Shown here one piece after another: positions 56,708-64,000 of a stretch of 64,000 bases of DNA. The DNA is from Amoebidium appalachense (taxonomy: Eukaryota > Protista > Ichthyosporea). Within the stretch, counting starts at the first letter, position 1; each line of letters opens with the position of its first letter. Position numbers and translations under genes: made by a program. The stretch spans positions 1,721,979 through 1,785,978 of the forward strand of contig CAVNZM010000007.1 in the NCBI GenBank assembly GCA_963693365.1. Direction: 5' to 3'. A model generated the notes under the pieces. It saw only the letters and a program-made list of their open reading frames with translations. It did not search any database and was not told the DNA's origin.

Positions 56708-56747
<40 letters not shown>

Positions 56748-56971
56748 GTGTTTGTGTATGCGTGCTTGGCCTAGTGGCTGCTGTGGTAGCCGTGGTAGGA
56801 GGTAGAGTGAAGTGTACATGTTTGAGTCGGTGGGCAGGTGGGGTTATATAGCTGTAGCAGAGGGAGAGGGGGGGAGGGAGGAGGGGGGGGGAGAGAGAGA
56901 AGAGGCAAGAGTGCCAATGGTCGTTTAAGCAACAAGATGCTACATTGGATAAGGCACGCGGGGGCAGAAGA

Positions 56972-57016
<45 letters not shown>

Positions 57017-57975
57017 TTTCTCCCCCCCGGCCTGCCCGCCCGCTTGTATTTCTGACCGAACAATATAGGGCTGACGTGTTTCAACAAATCCGACGGATAA
57101 ACTGATGCTAGATACCCAGAAAATTCTAACAACAAATCAAAAGAATCCCAATTTGCACCGAGGCAACACAACCTATCCACAGTCTCCATTTTTGTCTGCT
57201 GCTCTCCTTGCTTAACCTCTTCTCTGCCGTGCCGAAAAATGGGATTTTCATTTGTGGGGCGTGCCTTAAAGGGGAAGGGGGGGGGGGGGGGGGGGTTTGA
57301 ATGCGTCAAAAAGTACGAAGCACACAAGAACAAACGGATAACACGATGCAGAATGCAAGCCATACATAAAGAGTATGCATAATAAGCAGAGCCCATCCTC
57401 AGGGGGGGCCCACGTCATCCACAGTACCCGAGTTTCGACCTATTCACCTCGTTAACGAAACCCAACTCAGATACTGTTTCACTTGAACATGGGTAGGTCA
57501 CCCGTCTTGATCAGAGACGAGCAGGGTTGCTTATGCAGGCAAGGGCAGAGGGAAAGGCCGGGGGTTAAAGTTGCAGCAGTAAGCAGAAGCAAGAAAAATA
57601 TAGATAGGAACTCAGGAGACGGGGCTTCTAGGAAGCTCCCCCGTCGATACCTAAGTCGATACTTCCCTGGCTAACATACTACACCAGCTGAGGAGGGGGG
57701 GGGGGGGGGGGGGGGGGGATAAGGTACCTAGGCCGGGGCTTGTCGACCACACAAGACTACTCACGGTGTCGGATAGCTGCCAAAGAAAAATAGTCAGCCA
57801 CTCTTGCTCCTAACCCCCCCCCCCCCCCCCCCCTCCCCCTCCTCCTGTAGACGGGGTCTGTTGATGCCTGTCTTGCCTGCACCTTTGCTTGGGGGTCTAC
57901 TTGGTGTGCTATACATCTATCTCTTTCTCCCTCCCTCTCCTTCTCTCTTTCCCTTTCCCCAACACCCCCCTCCCT

Positions 57976-58014
<39 letters not shown>

Positions 58015-58352
58015 CTTATCTATTTCTACATTTATTTGAGACCTCGTGCAAGGAACGTCCTGTCAGGAAAAGGAGCGTAAGGGCAAAGGGTACGGTAGGT
58101 AAGCGGGTGTGTGCGTATTTGCATGTGGATGTGGGTGTGACAATATGTGCACGTGCATATGTGTGTGTGTGTTGTGTGTGTGTGTGTGTGTGTGTGTGCA
58201 CGTGAGTGTGCACATGAATGTGAGTACGTACGCGTTCATATGTGTGCATGTGTGCATCTGCGGATCACTGTCCGTTTTCTTTACTTTTTCTTTCATTCAT
58301 TCATTCATTCATTCATTCATTCATTCTTTCTTTCTTTCTTTCTTTCTTTTTT

Positions 58353-58439
<87 letters not shown>

Positions 58440-58896
58440 TTACCGGCAGAAGTGCCAATGGGCCTGTGGGCAGAAATCTCTGCAACGCAGTTTTATTGGC
58501 ACCCCCCAGTGTGGCGGGGTCTAGGGAGAGGGTTGCCACCACCCCAGTTTGCTGGTACTGTGTGCACATGGTCAGATGCATTGCCACGACCGTGCCTACT
58601 TGTATTTTCTCTGCCCTTATGCCTCCTCTACCCCACACAGACACAAATCCCATACACTGTAAAGCCTCCCCTCCCCCCCCCCCTCCCCCCCCCCCCCCCC
58701 CCCTCTCCCCCCTTTTCCCCTCGGGCCTAGAGGCCTTCTTCCTAAACCCCACACACCTACATTAATCTTTCCATTCAGCCTTGGTCAATTGTTATCTCTT
58801 CCGCTAAACCCCATCACTCGACAAACCAATTCGCTAGGATTTCCTCGTCCTTTTTTATTTTTATTTTATTTAATTTTTTTAAATTAAAAAAAAATT

Positions 58897-58942
<46 letters not shown>

Positions 58943-59030
58943 CTTACCTCCCATCCTATCGTGTTAATGCCGACTGCCTTTCTTACGAATGAGTTAAGCC
59001 CGTCGGCACCAATCTGCAATTATGAATAAC

Positions 59031-59082
<52 letters not shown>

Positions 59083-59839
59083 TCTATGTGACTCCGAATG
59101 TCGAATTTCGAACTGGGATAATCACTAAATGTACCCGGGAATTTGAAACATAGACCTCATGCAACAAAGACGCCCCAGAGTTGTAAGAAAACATCCGCTT
59201 TCTTCAGCATACAAATCAATGCGATACGCCATACGCAAATTGGGACCATTAAACATTGTATGTGACTCCGAATATCGATTTCACACTGGGATAATCCCTA
59301 AGTGTACTTAGGGATATGAAACATAGACCTCACGCAACAAAGGCGCCCCAGAGTTGTAAGAAAACATCCCCTTTCTTTCCTGCTTGTCTTCTATCTCGCC
59401 TATTTTCGATCACTGTCTCGCCCTCCACGTTCTTTCCGTCACATTCTTCGTTTTAAGGTGAGCGCACATGGTTTTATTCGTGTACGGCAGGGTTGGCAAT
59501 GCGTGCCTATGCTATGCACATGACCCATGCTTCTTTCTACTCTTGTACGAAAGTTAGACAGAAAAGAAATGAATTTATGGAGTCAGTGAGAAAATACATC
59601 TGATTAAGCAGCAGAATTGCGCAAATTCGTGGGCACGTATGACCGTGCTCAGGGAAAGGGCTAAAAGAGGGAGAACCTTCAGGGGAGGGATGGGAGGGGG
59701 AAATGTTTGTGTGTTTTGTGTGCTGGGGGGAAAGGGGGGAGGGGGAAGGGGAGGGGAGGGGTAGCACACCAACAAGCGTGTCTGTAGTACCCTGCCATTT
59801 TGCAACCTCACAGTTACAAGGTCATCTGCCTCTTTGCCC

Positions 59840-59904
<65 letters not shown>

Positions 59905-60836
59905 GTGTGTGGAAAAGGGTGCAACGAGGTGGAAAGGGGGAAGGCCTCCGAGGGGGTGGGGGGGGGGGGGGGGGGGGGGGGGGGCACGGGGTTGGCAACT
60001 AAAATAGCACACCACCAAGGGAAATGGGGGTGAAGAAATGAAAGGATGGATTTTGCTAGTTGAAGAACAAAAGGGGCACAGGGGAAGAAGAGGGGTGGGA
60101 GGGGAGGGGGGAGAGAGGGGGGGAGAGAGAAGGGGGGGGGGGGGGGGAAAGAGAGAGAGAGAGAGAGAGAGGAGGGAGAAGGGGGAGGGAGAGAGGGGGA
60201 GGGGGGGGGGGGGGGGGGGAGGGAGGGAGGGAGGAAGGGAAGGGAGAGGGGGAGAGAAAGTGAGAGAGTATGTGCATACGAGGAATAAAGAGATGGGAAG
60301 CCATCAAGGGGATAAAGACAGAAAGAGGGGAAAAGGGGTATAGGATGACAGGAGGAGGGGAAGCCACTTAAAACACCCTAAGCATGCTACTGGCCGGAAT
60401 GAAGAATGGGGGGGGGGGGGGGGGGGGGGAGGGTGGAGGGGGGGGGAGGTGGGTGGGTATGTGTGTGTGTGTAAGGGGGGGGGGAGGGGATGGGGGGGTT
60501 GGGGGAGGGGTGGTGGTAAGAATTGGAAAATGGGAAAATTAGAAATATCGGGTAGAGTCACAAACACCAAACATACACCCGCATATACCTGTTCCACGGC
60601 AGCGATACGTGCACCCCAGCACGCCTCCACCCTCCCCTGTGTGTCAATGACTCTTTGCAATGACGCTTGTATGAGATTATTCTCTGCAAGGTAACCGAGT
60701 ACCTCTCGCCCGCTAGATTCCGCATCGAATCGAATCGCTGCGTCCGCACAGGCGTCCCACACTTGCATGTGGGTGAAGGGAGACGCACGCACACTTTCGA
60801 TAATCTCCCATGCACGAACGGCTGGTGATGGGAGAG

Positions 60837-60933
<97 letters not shown>

Positions 60934-62246
60934 TGTGTGCGTGTGTGATTGGGTATGTGTGCGGGTGGGTGGATGCGAGAGAGGGTAGGGGTGTGCGCGA
61001 GTGTTTGTGATTGTATGTGTGGGAGGAAGGGGGGGGGGGGGGGGGGAGGTGATCGCACCTTTGTGTGAGATTGCACCTTTGTGTGAGAGAGACGGGGAGA
61101 GAGTAAGTGCGTGTGTGTCTCTGTGTGTATGTGTGTGTATTTGTATGTGTGGGTGCGCGCACGCGCTCCATGCACGTGCGCGTGTGTGGGTGGCTGTCTT
61201 TATTTTCGTTGTATGGCCAGTTGTGATATTTGTGTGCGCGCGCGTCTGTGTGTTCGTGCACGCATGTTGGCACGCACAAATGTGTGGTGCTCGTGGCGGG
61301 GTGACAAGGGCGGGGGTATTGTCAAGGAGGGGAGGGGGGGGGGGGGGGGAGAGGCGTGGTCCAGCTGTATAACAGGTTGACAAGAAATCATTATAAGGTT
61401 TAATATTACTCAGCTACCAAACCATAAAAACATCAACCCCCTCCCCCCCCCCCCCCAAAAAAAAAGGAAAAAAAGAAAAAACCAGCCCCCCCCCCCCCCC
61501 CCCCCCTTCCCCCCCCCCCAAGCAACAAAAAAAAAAAGGAAGGACCGCAACTTCAGGCACAAAGTTGGAATTCAGGGAGGTGGGGGCCAAGAGCTCACAC
61601 ACAGCGTGGTTGGAGCTCAAACCTACAAAAGTACAAAAGGCTGACAAGAAAAAGAATTACATGAGACCAAGCAATACATACTCCAGCCAAAAACAAAAAA
61701 GACACCCAAGAAAAAAAAACTGTGGCTGGAAAAAGACAACACACGGAGGAGGGGTGGAAGGAAGGGGGGTGGGGGAAAAGGGGGGGGGGGGGGGGGGGAG
61801 AGGAGGAGGGCGAGGTGCGGTGGGGGGGGGGGGGGGGGGTGGCGGGGGTGGGGGGGTTGGGGGAGGGGAGGGGGGTGGGGGGTAGGGGGGGTGGGGGTAG
61901 GGGTAAATGTGTTACGGACTACGAAGCTCAAAGGACAAAATATGTAGTTTTTCTTTTCTATTCCCCTTTCTTTCTTTTGTTTCTTTTCTTTTTTCTTTTC
62001 TTTCCTTTCCTGTTTTTTTTTTTTTTTTTTTTTGGGGGGGGGGGGAGGGGGGGGGGGGGCAGCATACATTGAAGAAAACGGACAGCTGCCGGTCGTAATG
62101 CCACCACACGATTGCTAAACGGAGAGTCGGGGAGATGGCATGGATGGAGGTTTCGGCATGCCATCCAACATCACTATGCGGTGCTGTGACAAATAAGGGG
62201 ATGTGCCTGTTTGTGCGTGTATTTTTGTGTGTGTGTATGCGTCCAT

Positions 62247-62302
<56 letters not shown>

Positions 62303-62896
62303 CGTGTGTAAGAACTGTGCGTGTGAGTACAGAAATGTTTAAGTTTGAGTATACATATGTGTGAGTGGAAGCAAGACCTTGTGGATTGTGGTGCATAGAC
62401 CAAGTTCATGTGTGTGTGTGTGCGTGCGTGTGTGTGTGCGTGCGTGCGTGCGTGTGCGTGCGTGGCGTGTGTGTGTGTGCGTGTGTGCGTGTGCGTGTGC
62501 GTGTGCGTGTGTGTGTGCGTGCGTGCGTGTGTGTGTGTGTGTGTGTGTGGTTGTGTGCATGTGACGCGAGCGAAGTAATCTGGACATCATGCCCTAAGCA
62601 GTTCCTCTTTTGTGTTCTTTGCATGCCGTCGTGTCCCTCCTTATATGTGTGACAAATGTGGTGCGTGTTTCCGTGTTACCACCCTCACCTAGAGCACAAG
62701 CCAAGGCCGACCCAACCAGCCCGCTGCCCACAATCAGAACATCACAGTGTTCTGGACTGCCATCCTTCTTGTCATTGCTGCTTGGTGCTTGTACACTTGG
62801 ACCAGAAGCAATGGCCAAGCAACGCCTAGAAAATTCGCATCCTGCTGAAACCACCCCTAAAGGGCGGCCAGCTACACCCCTTAGTGAAGACAGCAT
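53377..62896 (-). CDS. COQ6: Ubiquinone biosynthesis monooxygenase COQ6 (mitochondrial FAD hydroxylase), 12-13 exons, ~480-490 aa; one apparent +1 frameshift
   Basis: Exons 62896-62689, 62206-62068, 60821-60589, 59838-59770, 59013-58948, 58557-58444, 57776-57728, 56707-56601, (possible 30-nt microexon 56291-56262), 56147-56005, 54726-54611, 54037-53871 and 53409-53377. Motifs: [85 protein letters not shown]. Arg/Ser-rich presequence. Confidence 0.95.
55531..55555 (-). terminator. Pol III oligo-T terminator of the tRNA-Pro
   Basis: T25 run on the minus strand beginning about 8 nt downstream of the tRNA 3' end. Confidence 0.7.
55563..55634 (-). tRNA. tRNA-Pro (anticodon AGG), intronless, inside a COQ6 intron
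   Basis: Acceptor stem GGGAGTT/AACTCCC, D-arm TGGTCTAGTGG (A box), anticodon stem CTCGT/ACGAG with loop TTAGGGT, T-arm CCGGGTTCAATTCCCGG (B box). Confidence 0.96.
56501..56568 (-). mobile_element. Diverged 3' fragment of the poly-C-anchored family
   Basis: Reverse complement TCTGCATAGTG...TACTTCGTATTCTATG...ATTCAA, between C-rich tracts. Confidence 0.45.
57296..57691 (-). mobile_element. Poly-C-anchored element, subfamily 1, ~400-bp uninterrupted copy in a COQ6 intron
   Basis: Long G runs on both sides on the plus strand; sense 3' end GCATTCAAA then poly-C; highly similar to 12861-13640 and 3050-3219. Confidence 0.88.
59085..59377. repeat. ~120-bp direct duplication (period 174) in a COQ6 intron
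   Basis: TATGTGACTCCGAAT...CTGGGATAATC...GAAACATAGACCTCA...GCCCCAGAGTTGTAAGAAAACATCC at 59085-59204 and 59259-59377. Confidence 0.85.
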
Positions 62897-63017
62897 TTTA
62901 AGTTCTGCCTGCTTGCAAAACAATAGCAGGTGAAAGTAGGTGAATCTAGTGGTTGCTTTTAAGTTCTGCCTGCTTGCAAAACAATAGTAGGTAAAAGTAG
63001 GTGAATCTAATGGTTGC
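62896..63017. repeat. 61-bp tandem duplication abutting the COQ6 start codon
   Basis: TTTTAAGTTCTGCCTGCTTGCAAAACAATAG.AGGT.AAAGTAGGTGAATCTA.TGGTTGC twice, with 3 mismatches. Confidence 0.9.
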
Positions 63018-64000
63018 CCTCTGACTATTCGGCTTCGGGCAGCAGCCTGGGCTCGATGATATAAGATGTTCCAAGACCCGTCCCAAAGTTTTCTTTGCCG
63101 TTCTTTTTGGATCCTGCGGTGAGCATGCGGGTCCAGATGTTACGTAATCGTCACATTCCTGTCCACAGAAAGAGGTTCGGAACTTCTCTACAAGGGCGCC
63201 ACCGGGAGGGGAGGGGTGGGGGACGTATGCATATTCGAAAGGCAAATCAGGGTCCCGACTGCCTACACGTTGTACATTTGCATAAACACAATTTCTACCC
63301 CCAAACCCTTCAAAATGCACAATATTGCATGTGTAGTAGTTGTACACATAGTGCACCATATTTCCATCTATATGTATCTCTCAATGGACCACCCGGGTCA
63401 ACATCATTTTTCTGCCACTACTTCGTACTATGTTTGTACACGTATGTAAGTGCTAGGCAGTTTCATTTTTTCTTACGTACATGATAATAGATATTCTATT
63501 CTACGCAATAAAAGTAACAAGCTTAAGCTATTATATGACCACCGCACACAATAATTATTTGACAGCTGCCGGCACTCAGCCATTCCCAATTTTCTGTATA
63601 CGTGCTTGCCTCTCACATGACACGAAAGCCAATATTTACGAACCCCAAAAAAGGAAGGAAGAAGCACATTCACTGTAATCGCAAAGCAAGAGAAAGAATG
63701 TGCAAGGAACACATTATTGATAAAATATAAACCAACCCCAAGCTTTACGAACAGAGACCTCTGCAAATATGGGGTATCAAATCAAGTCATTCGTTCTATC
63801 TACGGCTTGTGGTTTTCATGCAACGTAAAAACTAGAGTACTCAAAAGGTCGGTACAATAACAACCAAACACCCCCCAAACTTCTCATACTGTTTTCATCG
63901 ATTACACGCCTGGTACAATCCACACGTTCCATCCTTCCGCCGTCCTCCGCATGACTTTACACCAATCAAATGTCCGAGGAACTGTAGCCGCACAGAAACT

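Noticed and set aside
57389-57477. Canonical type I, II or III hammerhead fold
   Set aside because: No GAAA follows CUGAGGA, and no stem III hairpin with NUH can be built between GAAA and CUGAGGA; only the permuted arrangement fits.
61560-61625. Possible extra COQ6 exon ([16 protein letters not shown])
   Set aside because: Exon 62206-62068 already supplies the SNRV segment and joins in phase to 60821; this stretch has no COQ6 similarity.

Overview
Intron-rich eukaryotic DNA. The animal-like ZFPL1, PP4R3/SMEK, COQ6 and enolase motifs suggest a unicellular holozoan (ichthyosporean-like); this is inference. Five spliced genes can be reconstructed by hand: enolase (-), a plant-type GT47/exostosin glycosyltransferase (-), ZFPL1 (+), PP4R3/SMEK (+) and COQ6 (-). 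A tRNA-Pro(AGG) sits in a COQ6 intron. Introns and intergenic DNA are saturated with poly-C/poly-G and (CA)n/(GT)n tracts, which generate nearly all ORFs in the supplied track. The most striking signal is an abundant (about a dozen copies) 5'-variable interspersed element with a fixed 3' end (GCATTCAA) that runs into poly-C and usually sits inside C/G runs. It carries a covarying RNA structure with hammerhead-ribozyme core motifs in non-canonical order, so it is a candidate Penelope-like, poly-G-primed retroelement. Also present: three TTAA-flanked Kolobok-like MITEs, a nested solo-LTR-like insert, a decayed exon duplicate, and three +1 homopolymer frameshifts that are probably assembly errors. 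All calls are by eye; no database searches were run.
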